The notes under the pieces were generated by a model. The model was not told the origin of the DNA and ran no database searches. It saw only the letters and a list, made by a program, of their open reading frames with translations. From a virus (Duplodnaviria > Caudoviricetes), in the IMG/VR virus record IMGVR_UViG_3300042360_000665, positions 1-49,900 of that record: 49,900 bases of DNA; one strand, given 5' to 3'. The position numbers were made by a program, and so were the translations under genes. Shown one piece after another: positions 26,982 through 36,064 of this stretch. Position 1 is the first letter of the stretch. The number at the start of each line of letters is the position of its first letter.

Positions 26982-28735
26982 CAGATCCATCCTCCTTCCA
27001 CCATCACCGTGCGGAGGTGATCTTCGGCTTCCCGGCACTTCGCTAGGGCGTCCTTGAACGCCGCCACCGCTTCCGGTAGGGGCGGGATGTCAGCCCCGAT
27101 TGGGGGCAGCACGTAGCGGGAGATGTTCAATGTCCAGCTCTCCTGCTCGATTTCTTCGAGGCCCACCACGCGAGCTCGATCTTCCACGTCTTCAAACGCC
27201 GAGACCCAGCCGTGAATCTGGGAGGCGTGCTCAGGCTCCAGGAAGTTCTGCGCCCGCCCGCGGCGAAACAGGCTGGAGGCATCGATCACGATCACCTTTC
27301 CCTGACGGGCAGTGGCTTTGTGGCGCCGAAGCACCAACACACAAGCCGCCAGCCCGGTGCCATAGAAGAGGTTGGGCGCGAGACCAATAACCGCCTCCAC
27401 CAGGTCTGCCTTGAGCAGGTGCTGGCGGATTTGACCCTCCACGCCACTGCGGAACAGGGCGCCCTGGGGCAGCACAACGGCCATCCTTCCGGTGCCCGGA
27501 GCCATCGAGGACACCATGTGCTGAACCCAGGCCATGTCGGCGTTGCTGTCCGTCGGAAGACCAGCGAAGGCCCTGCCCCAGGGATCGCTCTCCCAGAGCT
27601 CACGGCCCCAGGCCTCCAGCGAAAACGGCGGATTGGCGATCACCACATCAAAGGTGCCCAGGCCACCGGTGGAGGCGTCTGCAAACACGGGGTTTCGCAG
27701 GGTGTCGCCCCGCTCAATCACGAAGTCCTCCAGTCCATGGAGGAAGAGGTTCATCCGCGCCACGGAGGCAGTGGTGAGGTTTTTCTCCTGGCCAAAAATC
27801 TTGCCAAAGAAGGTGCGTGGATCCCCCCCACGGGCATGAACGTGCTCAACGGCAGCCAGCAACATGCCGCCGGTGCCACAGGCAGGGTCGTAGACCGTTT
27901 CCCCCTCCTGCGGATCCACGATGTCCACCATCAGGCGAACAACGCTGCGCGGGGTATAGAACTCACCGGCCTTCTTGTTCGTGGCATCGGCGAACTGCTT
28001 GATGAGGTACTCGTAGGCGTCACCCATCACGTCGGAGGCGACCGATGCGTTGCCGATCAACAGCGAAGAGAAGTGTTCGATCAGGTCCTTGAGCAGCTCA
28101 TCGGGCAGCCGATCCTTGTTGGTCCACTGGGCATCGCCAAAGACGCCATAGAGGTGCTTCTGGTTCGCCGCTTCCACGGCGCGCATGGCGTTCGAGAGGG
28201 CTGTGCCGACGTTTTTGGGTGTAGCCCGAACATCGTTCCAGTGGGCACCCTCGGGCAACTGGAATCGGTGTTGATCGGCAAAGTCCTCGCCGTACTCGGC
28301 GAGCATCGCCGCGTTCTCCTCGTCCCACTGATCGCAGATCCGCTTAAAGAACAGCAGCGGCAAGATGTACGACTTCCAATCGGTGCGATCGACTGGGCTG
28401 CCGCGGAGGATGTTGGCGGCTTCCCAGAGATGGGATTCCAGCTGGGGGAGCGTTAGCGGCCCGCCGGGGCTGCTTGCAGTCGCTGCCGCAGGCTTCGTCT
28501 GAACCTGATTGCTGCCAGCAGCTCTCAGACCTCCACCAGGCCCCTTAACTTTTTCAGCCAGACCCATAGCCACCACAGCGTCCTTAGCAGCGTTGAACTG
28601 CTCATCGCTTAGGGCAATTTCAAGCTCGCTATCGATGGCGGTCCGCAATTCGAGGTTGGCAAGGCGTGAGCCATCCTCTGGGATGAGAGCAATCATCGCG
28701 TCGGTGACGTCCCGGTTCAACGGCGGCGTCGTCAT
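26981..28735 (-). CDS. hsdM: Type I MTase subunit M1, NPPF type (predicted m6A), with N-terminal extension
   Basis: LESHLWEAANILRG, GEFYTPRSV, YDPACGTGGML, VIANPPFS. Confidence 0.93.
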   Translation of the reverse strand: MTTPPLNRDVTDAMIALIPEDGSRLANLELRTAIDSELEIALSDEQFNAAKDAVVAMGLAEKVKGPGGGLRAAGSNQVQTKPAAATASSPGGPLTLPQLESHLWEAANILRGSPVDRTDWKSYILPLLFFKRICDQWDEENAAMLAEYGEDFADQHRFQLPEGAHWNDVRATPKNVGTALSNAMRAVEAANQKHLYGVFGDAQWTNKDRLPDELLKDLIEHFSSLLIGNASVASDVMGDAYEYLIKQFADATNKKAGEFYTPRSVVRLMVDIVDPQEGETVYDPACGTGGMLLAAVEHVHARGGDPRTFFGKIFGQEKNLTTASVARMNLFLHGLEDFVIERGDTLRNPVFADASTGGLGTFDVVIANPPFSLEAWGRELWESDPWGRAFAGLPTDSNADMAWVQHMVSSMAPGTGRMAVVLPQGALFRSGVEGQIRQHLLKADLVEAVIGLAPNLFYGTGLAACVLVLRRHKATARQGKVIVIDASSLFRRGRAQNFLEPEHASQIHGWVSAFEDVEDRARVVGLEEIEQESWTLNISRYVLPPIGADIPPLPEAVAAFKDALAKCREAEDHLRTVMVEGGWI

Positions 28736-30582
28736 GAAGACACCTCCTCGCCGCTGTTGACCAACATTGGAGGTAAATCCTCCATCCAGCCTCGCCGCGA
28801 GAGCTGCTGGAGCCGGCGGCTGAGTTCTTCGACCTCACGGCTCAAGGCCACACTCTCCTGTTCCAGGCTCTCGGCTCGCTGGAGCTCGCTAGAGCTCGGA
28901 ATCACGACGGGCAAGCCCTTCACTTCGCCCATCGGCACGAAGGACACTGCCGCTCCCTGACCGGCCTTGTTCAACAGGGTCTGCCCCACGGCACTGCGGA
29001 GATACTGCACCAGAGCGGCTGGGGTGAGAGGGGCGTTCGGCCTGAGTCGGACCACGCAAAACGCCTGGCCAGGCACCGTGGGTTGCTCAAGGTCCTGAAC
29101 CACCGACACCTTGCCGAGACCACCTTTGATCGACAACAGCACATCTCCCCGCTCCAGCAAATGCTGGCGGCCCTTGGCCAAGGCGGCTTCCGGCAACCGG
29201 ATCAACTTGGAGCCTTGAAGGAGCTGGCCGGAGTCGTCGATGTCGCCCGGGGTAACCTCCCGCACCTCGATGCCTTCATCCTCTTGACGGCCAAGGGAGG
29301 CGACTGGTCGCCTGATCTCGGCCAGATCACCCAGTTGCACCGTTGACCTTGAGTCCAGGTAGCGCTGAAGCACCAAGTCGTCTTCTGAATGGAGGTAGCG
29401 GCTCACCTGGAAACTGAAGCCATTCGCCTCTAGTTCCTGGGCCGGGATCAGACGGGCATAAGAGCTATCTCTCCTGTGGTTCAGGAGTTGGGTGAGTTCT
29501 TTGACCCCGTTCGTATCCCAGAGCTGTTTTGAGCTTTTTCCCTTTTTCTGGATTAGCAGCTCCTGGGCGGCAACCATCTGAATGGGATCGCCAACAGCGC
29601 GATCCTTCTTCAGGACTAACAACAATCCCTCGAGGTTAGTTGCTGAATTTCCACCTGAAGGCAGGGCAATCACGGCATCTAGCCAATTTTTTTGCACCAG
29701 CTCCTCACGGAAGTACTCCAGATCTTTGGATGTCCGAGCAGCAATTCCTGGAGACATCAAGGCGTAGGTAGTGCCACTGCAGCGCTGATGGGCAGCAAAC
29801 ACCCTTCGTGCCTCGCTGTCTTTGATTGCGGAGGGGCAGTCGAGAGGGAATGGCGGGAGCCAGGGATCGTCGATCAGTAGTTCGCGGGTTCTCTCTCCCC
29901 AGGGTGGGGCCACGATGGCAACAGGCCATTGGGCCTGATCAGCAATGGACTTCGGTTTCACCTCTAGTGGATAGAGGCTGAGCAATCCCAGAACCCAGCG
30001 TGCCTGCGAAGGATTTGCCGAACTCAGCAGAAGTGGATGCTCCATTCCCAGGAAAGGGGCTGCTGCCACTCCCATTGGGAAGAGGCAGGCCACTTGATCC
30101 CCAGGGTGAAAGGCCAGCAGGGCTTCCCAGAAGCCGCCCATAGAGGCAGAGCATCCCAGCTCTCCACCACTTCGGTTGCTGGCTTTTAGCTCCGACATCG
30201 CTTCGATCACGGCCTTGCATTGCAAGGGATCGCCACTATTCACAGCTCTGCCGACTGGCAATAGGGAAGCCCTAAGGCGCTCGAGCAATTTGGGGTCAAG
30301 GTGCCTCATTGCTGCTGAGGAAGAAAGAGTCAGTCCAGAACGCTCAGCAATGGCTTCTTGGATGGCGCCCCATACGTCTTCGTTGGTGAGGCTGCGCATG
30401 GCATCGAAGTAGCCAACCGGAACTCCATCGGAGGTTGGAATCCAACGTGCCCAGAGGAGTACATCCAGTACGACTTCCAGTCCCTGATCAGCAGGAAGCG
30501 AGCCCCGTAGCTCATCGCAGGCGTTCCAAATCAGCTTTTCAACGTCAGTGCGGTTCATATCAATGGAAATCTTGGTAGCCAT
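28732..30582 (-). CDS. Degenerate HsdM-like MTase fused to a single HsdS-like TRD
   Basis: IWNACDELRG N-terminus, LDAVIALP, FQVSRY; motif IV is APPW and the SAM motif is degenerate; C-terminal LGDLAEI...GDVLLSIKG..GKV...LPVVIP. Confidence 0.75.
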   Translation of the reverse strand: MATKISIDMNRTDVEKLIWNACDELRGSLPADQGLEVVLDVLLWARWIPTSDGVPVGYFDAMRSLTNEDVWGAIQEAIAERSGLTLSSSAAMRHLDPKLLERLRASLLPVGRAVNSGDPLQCKAVIEAMSELKASNRSGGELGCSASMGGFWEALLAFHPGDQVACLFPMGVAAAPFLGMEHPLLLSSANPSQARWVLGLLSLYPLEVKPKSIADQAQWPVAIVAPPWGERTRELLIDDPWLPPFPLDCPSAIKDSEARRVFAAHQRCSGTTYALMSPGIAARTSKDLEYFREELVQKNWLDAVIALPSGGNSATNLEGLLLVLKKDRAVGDPIQMVAAQELLIQKKGKSSKQLWDTNGVKELTQLLNHRRDSSYARLIPAQELEANGFSFQVSRYLHSEDDLVLQRYLDSRSTVQLGDLAEIRRPVASLGRQEDEGIEVREVTPGDIDDSGQLLQGSKLIRLPEAALAKGRQHLLERGDVLLSIKGGLGKVSVVQDLEQPTVPGQAFCVVRLRPNAPLTPAALVQYLRSAVGQTLLNKAGQGAAVSFVPMGEVKGLPVVIPSSSELQRAESLEQESVALSREVEELSRRLQQLSRRGWMEDLPPMLVNSGEEVSS

Positions 30583-30842
30583 CAGTAGCGGTTGAAGCTG
30601 TCGAAGTCGTAGGCAGTGACCAAGGTGCCGCCGCACTCGACGACGATCACGCCCCCTTTGTCCATCGCCCTGATCAGCTCCTTCCGTTCGCGATCAAGGG
30701 CGTCAAGGACGGAGCGGATCTGCTTACGGCCCAGAACGAGCTTGTCTCCATGCGAGATGCCGTGCTGCTGCGCGAGCTCAACCGTGGCTTCGCGGATGCC
30801 TCGTTGAGATATCCGCGCTCCGTAGTGCTTGGTCTTGGCCAT
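30582..30842 (-). CDS. Small DUF4258-like (BECR/RelE-fold) protein
   Basis: TKHYGARISQRGI...VIVV..GTLVTAY; TGATG-coupled to the MTase-TRD gene. Confidence 0.6.
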   Translation of the reverse strand: MAKTKHYGARISQRGIREATVELAQQHGISHGDKLVLGRKQIRSVLDALDRERKELIRAMDKGGVIVVECGGTLVTAYDFDSFNRY

Positions 30843-31177
30843 GACCCTCCTGGGGTTGATGCGCAAAGCATGGCAGCATCCGAATGGCTTGTCAAGAGCA
30901 AAAGGTAATGTCAGAAACTGACAAGCCGCAGACTCTTTATTTAGGGCGCTCGGGCCGGCCCATGGAGGGCCTGGCGGTCTAGATGCCAAGCGGCAAGGTT
31001 TTTTCCACTAGCGCAGATGCCACTGGCACACCGTGCTGCATGGCGAGAAGCGTCAGCGCCGCTGGATGCAGTGGTTCCAGCCGGTGTACGTGGGGCTCAG
31101 CAGCGCAGATTGACCAGGGCGCGAACAACTCCCCGCCGGAGAAAGCCGGAGGCGGGGCCGCCCCCGGCCAGGGGAGC

Positions 31178-31390
31178 TCAGAGCACCCGCACCTCGGCCT
31201 GAGGCCCGAGCACCCGCTGCTGATTGGAGGCCAGGATCAGGGCCTCATCGCGGGGCACGTAGTGCGGCTCGGCCGAGATGTGCCCCTCGCGATCGAGGAA
31301 GAGCACCCGCAGGAGCTCACCGGCAGCCCCGAGGAGATGCACCGAGATGATGCGGATCGGGCATGTGCGGCTGAGAGGGGTGGCGGCCAT
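31178..31390 (-). CDS. 70-aa hypothetical protein (hairpin cassette C), probable paralogue of 7990-8208
   Basis: MAATPLSRTCPIRIISVH...VLFLDREG...VPRDEALILASNQQ. Confidence 0.65.
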   Translation of the reverse strand: MAATPLSRTCPIRIISVHLLGAAGELLRVLFLDREGHISAEPHYVPRDEALILASNQQRVLGPQAEVRVL

Positions 31391-31420
31391 GGCTGGGCTG
31401 GCGAACGACACCGCCGTCAA

Positions 31421-31506
31421 GCCCCGGCGCCGCCAGCGCCGCGCAAGGGGCGCGAAGCGCAGCGCAGCGACTCGCGTCAGCCCTTGCGCGGTGCGCAAGC
31501 CGGGGC
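31421..31506 (-). promoter_or_regulatory. Hairpin element C (putative ssDNA/cruciform promoter)
   Basis: CCGCGCAAGGG 31439-31449 / CCCTTGCGCGG 31481-31491; outer GCCCCGGC/GCCGGGGC; TTGACG on the minus strand at the stem base. Confidence 0.6.
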
Positions 31507-31865
31507 AGGCCGGGTGGCGTGATCGCCAGGCACCCAGCAGTGCCACCTTTCTGGCTCTCCCGCTCAAGTAGTCGGAGCAACAGGGTGCCAATGTCGGCTC
31601 TATCCCTGGATGCCACAAGCGGGCTCTTTTAGTCGCAGCCGATCACAACAGCTGCAGCGCGAATAGCCGAAGCCCAGCGATTGCCGCCCAAACAGAAGGG
31701 GTGCTCAAGGCGCCAAGCGGGCCCAAGGGCACACCACAGGAGAACCATGTCAGCATGTGCTGACATAAATCCTGAGACTCTAACTTCGCAAATCTCTTGC
31801 AGCGCAAGGGGTTCTTGATCTGGAAACCTAAAGAAATCTGGAAGACTGTTTGACGGGGTCGTAGC

Positions 31866-31919
31866 TTACTAGTCCCCTGTGCATCATGCGGCATCGCAGG
31901 AAGCACAGGGGACTAGTAA
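31866..31919. repeat. 54-bp near-perfect palindrome
   Basis: TTACTAGTCCCCTGTGC (31866-31882) / GCACAGGGGACTAGTAA (31903-31919), with further pairing towards a 4-nt loop. Confidence 0.85.
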
Positions 31920-32115
31920 AAATCAATGGCTTCCCGGGAATTCTTCACTGACCGTGCTGGTCACTTCGTGGCAGGGCAGTTAATTTGTTCCCATCGGCCG
32001 TAACGCCATCTGTGGTGTCTGCGTAGGGGGAGACCCCCAGATGCAGCGCACCCAGGGGTCAAATGGCCGACGTGCTGCGCCAACAGCACGCCACTGATAA
32101 CCGGAGGAGGTCATC

Positions 32116-33252
32116 TTGACCGAAGCTACCGCGCCACTGAGCGCGCAGCCAGATTGCGCGCGTCTTGTTTACGAGGCTGAACAGGCCCCGATTGCTGTCA
32201 ACCGCAGCTCCAAAAAGCCCAGGGGACTGGATCACCTCAAGGAAATTCAGCCCCCAGCTGAAGCCAACGCCTACGCGGCGCAGCTGCGAAAGGTCCGCTA
32301 CGGCCCTGCCACGCTGGACGCCTTCCTGATGCCGGATGGCAGCTTCCGCTTCTCGATGCGGAGCGCCGCGGCCTCGGTGCACATGCTCTCCAACTCCCAG
32401 GCTCAACGCACGATCGAGCGCGTTGTTCAGGGGAACATGCCTGAACCAGGGCCTGCCCAGATCCCTGTGATCGCAGGTGATCCAGCGGCCAGCACGCCCT
32501 GCCCAGGGCCTCTGCTGCTGGATGTGCCCTTTGCGGGGCCCGCTGGCTATGCGACGACCATGGACCACCAGACGCTGATCCGCTTCTGGGGGGAGCTCAG
32601 CCGGACGTCGCGGACCTATGGCCCGGCTGCAGTGCGCATGCTGGAGATCGGCGCTGAGGTTTCACTGATCGCGCTGTGCCAGCAGGCCTTTGGGATCGTG
32701 GACCACCGCTCGGTGGAAGAGCGGCTGCTGGAAGCCTGGATCGACCTCGGTACAGAGCGCCCTGAACCTCTGTTTGATGCCCAGTTCCGGCAGTTCTACG
32801 AATCGGTCGTTGGTCATCGCTGGGGGTCTCCCGCCACAGCGAGCTGCCTCGCTGATCTCGTGTATCACCGCATTCCGCCTCAGGTCTATCAGGCACTGAA
32901 GGAGATCAACCCGGTGACCAGGCCGGTTCTGATCAACAGCAAAGGCGAGCAGGTCGGCTTCCGGCAGCGGCCCATGCACACCCTGATCAGCGATCCTGCG
33001 TTTGCTCGGGCGATCAAGCCGATCGTGGAGGCGGCGAAGGTTCTGCTGGCGATCACGCCAAAGGGACAGTTCCGCGAAGTGTTGAGGGTCCTGGACTCGA
33101 CAAACCCGCGGTACAAATGCCGCGGCCGCAAGGCTCTCGGCGGCGCGAGCAATCAGCCCCGACTGGCGCCTGCCCCCGCGAAGTGGCCCCATCAGCTTGA
33201 TGGGAGCCGTGCCAAGCAAATGCCGTTGCTTGGTGATCAGTCATGTGCCTGA
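32116..33252 (+). CDS. P63C-domain phage regulatory/antirepressor-like protein
   Basis: GGAGGAGG RBS + TTG; F..QFY...LVYHRIPPQVYQALKEINP...R...H resembles P63C. Confidence 0.6.
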   Translation: MTEATAPLSAQPDCARLVYEAEQAPIAVNRSSKKPRGLDHLKEIQPPAEANAYAAQLRKVRYGPATLDAFLMPDGSFRFSMRSAAASVHMLSNSQAQRTIERVVQGNMPEPGPAQIPVIAGDPAASTPCPGPLLLDVPFAGPAGYATTMDHQTLIRFWGELSRTSRTYGPAAVRMLEIGAEVSLIALCQQAFGIVDHRSVEERLLEAWIDLGTERPEPLFDAQFRQFYESVVGHRWGSPATASCLADLVYHRIPPQVYQALKEINPVTRPVLINSKGEQVGFRQRPMHTLISDPAFARAIKPIVEAAKVLLAITPKGQFREVLRVLDSTNPRYKCRGRKALGGASNQPRLAPAPAKWPHQLDGSRAKQMPLLGDQSCA

Positions 33253-33839
33253 AAACCAGGCGTTCATCAACTGGGAAGCTGCATCTCCCTCGGTTCCGGC
33301 AGGGGTTCAAGACTCAGACCCTGTTGCCCTTTCGTGCTCAACGTCCACAGACCACGCCCACGTTCGTGATGACCGAATCCCAGCCCTCGACGGGCATCCT
33401 GCATCAGATCAACTGGTATGGAACATCCCCTTATGGGGTTCCATTCGCTGTCGTCAGCATCATCGATGCAGCCAATAACCTCCACCGGGCGCTGGCCTGC
33501 AGTCGGCGCTTCGGTGACCTGTCACGCCTCTCAGAGTTTGAGGGCTTGCGCGTGAATCTGGTGGCAACTCCCAATGGGCTCCAGCTCAAGCCGATTGCCG
33601 ACCAGATTCCGCCTGAGCAACAGCTTCAAGAGGATGCACATCTGGAGGCGATGGACGAACACGGTGTTGCACCGCTTGATGCTGCCAACTCGATCCATGT
33701 CATGGGAGCCTTGCTCGACGCAGCCGATCCGGCAGCGGAGACCATTCCCTTGAACAGGCTGCAGGAAGTGGCAGCGACCGTGGCCAAGCTGGCACGGGAT
33801 CTGCGGCTTCCCACCTGCATGTGGATCCACCTTCCATAG
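33243..33839 (+). CDS. Hypothetical protein (alternative start 33369)
   Basis: Follows the P63C gene and ends just before a terminator. Confidence 0.55.
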   Translation: MCLKTRRSSTGKLHLPRFRQGFKTQTLLPFRAQRPQTTPTFVMTESQPSTGILHQINWYGTSPYGVPFAVVSIIDAANNLHRALACSRRFGDLSRLSEFEGLRVNLVATPNGLQLKPIADQIPPEQQLQEDAHLEAMDEHGVAPLDAANSIHVMGALLDAADPAAETIPLNRLQEVAATVAKLARDLRLPTCMWIHLP

Positions 33840-33866
33840 ATCCCACTGAGCCGGCCCGTCGCATCT

Positions 33867-33893
33867 GCCCCCGCCAACTGACGGGGGCTTTCT
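33867..33893 (+). terminator. Rho-independent terminator
   Basis: GCCCCCG-loop-CGGGGGC followed by TTTCT, between convergent genes. Confidence 0.65.
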
Positions 33894-33928
33894 GATGTCT
33901 TGGTCCGGACTGACTCTCTCCAGCCGCC

Positions 33929-34768
33929 TCAACAGGGCACCAGCTGCTCCCTGCCGGGCTGGTGCTGCACCAGGAAGGCTTCGATCCAGTCGTGATGACA
34001 CTGCTGGCAGATCCGATCAGCAATCGAGGGGGCATCGGACGGCACCTGGAAGCGCTTGCGGAACGCCTTGGTGAAGCCCTCCAGGGCGGGCCGAGGCAAA
34101 GAGCGGATCGTGCTGTGGAGCTGGTGGATCGTGGCGGTATCCAGCGGTGCCAGGGCGGGATCGACCTGCTCAGCTTCAGGGGGTTGCACTGCCGCCCCCC
34201 GCTGGGGCGGGCTGGGCTGTTGAGATCCATGCCGCGTGGCTTGGCTGGGGACAGAAGCAGGATCCCGCTGCTCGGGGCGGCCCCGTTCCTCTCCACTGGC
34301 CGATGAGGTCACGCCGCGCTGAAGACGGTCATACAGGGCCAGGCCAAACGGGTTCCCGAAGGTCATCAGGGCCCGCTTCATGGCATCGGTCTCGGCTTCC
34401 TTGATGGCCGATTCGTGGGCCTGGCCCAGATCGATGTCGATGCCGTGGCCGGCCCCGCTGCCCTCACGGATCAGGGGGCTGCTTTCGCCAGCACCCACCG
34501 TGATGCGGACGCGGGCGGTGTAGGTGACGCCCCAGCCAGAGCGGCCATCACGGCCAATGGAGCGCTCGCTCTGGTTGACGCACTCCACGGCGATGGTTTC
34601 GCGTTGCCAGCCGTCAAAGCCAAAGATGCGGTTGGCTTCGGCGATGGCCTGCCAGCCCTCCAGGTAGCTGACCTTGGCGCGGCCCTGCTCGCGCTGCTTG
34701 ACCTTGGAGCGATCGAGCGGAGCCGAGAGAGCGGCGACCTGCTCAGGTGAGAAGACGGCGGTGGCCAT
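33929..34768 (-). CDS. Rad52/Rad22-family (Sak-like) single-strand annealing protein
   Basis: VSYLEGWQAIAEANRIFGFDGW, REGSGAG, AIKEAETDAMKRALMTFGNPFGLALY. Confidence 0.9.
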   Translation of the reverse strand: MATAVFSPEQVAALSAPLDRSKVKQREQGRAKVSYLEGWQAIAEANRIFGFDGWQRETIAVECVNQSERSIGRDGRSGWGVTYTARVRITVGAGESSPLIREGSGAGHGIDIDLGQAHESAIKEAETDAMKRALMTFGNPFGLALYDRLQRGVTSSASGEERGRPEQRDPASVPSQATRHGSQQPSPPQRGAAVQPPEAEQVDPALAPLDTATIHQLHSTIRSLPRPALEGFTKAFRKRFQVPSDAPSIADRICQQCHHDWIEAFLVQHQPGREQLVPC

Positions 34769-34874
34769 GGCTGTTTTCCGGGGGGTGAGGACGGTTGGAG
34801 ATCGGGATTGGAGGACAGGAGCCCACTCCAGGCGCGGGCCCATTGAGAAGGGGCGATGCCCCCTCTGGCTGCCG

Positions 34875-35498
34875 TCAGTGGATGCGCCAGGAACGGCGGG
34901 AAAGGAGCTGAGCGCCGCTGATCTGGCGGCCAGCCTTGAGGGCCTCTTTGATGGCGGCTCGATCCGGCTTGCTGGTGGTCGTGACCATGAGCCACTCGGA
35001 ATCGAGGGCCTCTTCGTCGTCGATCACGACGGCCGAGGACTTGCGGCTGCTGAGCTCGTGATTGGGGAACGAGAAGCGGGTGGCTGCTGGTTGCAGCTGG
35101 GTGAGGACGAAGACCAGCGACTCCTCCAGGGAATCGGCGCGGCCGGCATCGGAGCGGGCCAGATCGCTGAGGCGCTTGGCCTGCTGCTGCCGGTAGGCGG
35201 CCTGGCCGCGCAGGTGCTCGATCACCCAGCAGGTGGCATCGGCCTTGGCTGCCAGGGCTGCTTTGTTGCCCTCCTCTGCAAGGAGTGCCGCCTCCAGCTC
35301 GGCGAGGGCTGAGGCGCGCTGCCCGGGATCATCCGCCTCCAACTGCTCAGCCAGCTGGCCGATGGCACTGGTGAGCTCCTGGGCCTCGATGCCCAGCTGC
35401 CATAGGGAACCCGACCGCTGCAGGGAACAGGCAGGACCAGAGGCTTCCGGGGCCGAAGCAGTGGCGGCAGCGGTGGGGATGGTGGTGAGAACGGCCAT
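34875..35498 (-). CDS. Siphovirus Gp157-family protein
   Basis: Coiled coil then SSRKSSAVVIDDEEAL...KPDRAAIKEALKAGRQISGAQL. Confidence 0.8.
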   Translation of the reverse strand: MAVLTTIPTAAATASAPEASGPACSLQRSGSLWQLGIEAQELTSAIGQLAEQLEADDPGQRASALAELEAALLAEEGNKAALAAKADATCWVIEHLRGQAAYRQQQAKRLSDLARSDAGRADSLEESLVFVLTQLQPAATRFSFPNHELSSRKSSAVVIDDEEALDSEWLMVTTTSKPDRAAIKEALKAGRQISGAQLLSRRSWRIH

Positions 35499-35566
35499 GA
35501 CGATGAGAGGAGAGATGGGGAATGGGGCAGAAGGCGCCACAGAACGCCAAAGGCTTGTGGTGGGTG

Positions 35567-36064
35567 TCAGGGACGGGTAACCGCTGCAGGAACGGCCCAG
35601 AGCCCGGCGGACGGGCTGACCTCGACCACCGAGATCGGCACCGGAGAACGGGAAGCCATGCGGCGGGCCTGCTGCACGAGCGAGGCGGTACCAAGGCCCC
35701 CGGGGAACGCCACCACCAGCACCGAGGCGATCGAAACCGGGGAGGTGTGGGCCATGGCCCGGGCAATGGCCTGCTCGAGCAGCTCCCGATTGCGGATCGG
35801 ACCAGCCGCGCGGCCGTGCCGCTCCCACTGGGCTGGCATCACCACGGAGGACCAGCCCAGCTGATGGGCCGCGCGGCCAATGGCGACATCGGCGCCACGG
35901 GCCCCGCCATGGAGAACCAGATGCACCAGCCGGCCGCCTGCGCGAGCGAGCAGCTCAGCGGCAACGCGCTGATGGGGCCACGCCAGATCACGGCCGCCGC
36001 CGGCAGCGATCACCAGAGAGCGCGCTGGAACAATCTCCGGCCGCGATTGAATACATAAAGCCAT
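35567..36064 (-). CDS. SLOG-family protein (DUF2493/YspA-like)
   Basis: AGGGRD, LHGGARGAD, PAQWERHGRAAGPIRN, VVAFPGGLGT. Confidence 0.8.
   Translation of the reverse strand: MALCIQSRPEIVPARSLVIAAGGGRDLAWPHQRVAAELLARAGGRLVHLVLHGGARGADVAIGRAAHQLGWSSVVMPAQWERHGRAAGPIRNRELLEQAIARAMAHTSPVSIASVLVVAFPGGLGTASLVQQARRMASRSPVPISVVEVSPSAGLWAVPAAVTRP

Noticed and set aside
31866-31919. Protelomerase telRL site of a linear plasmid prophage
   Set aside because: No protelomerase-like ORF recognised, and the element has an integrase with a tRNA attP
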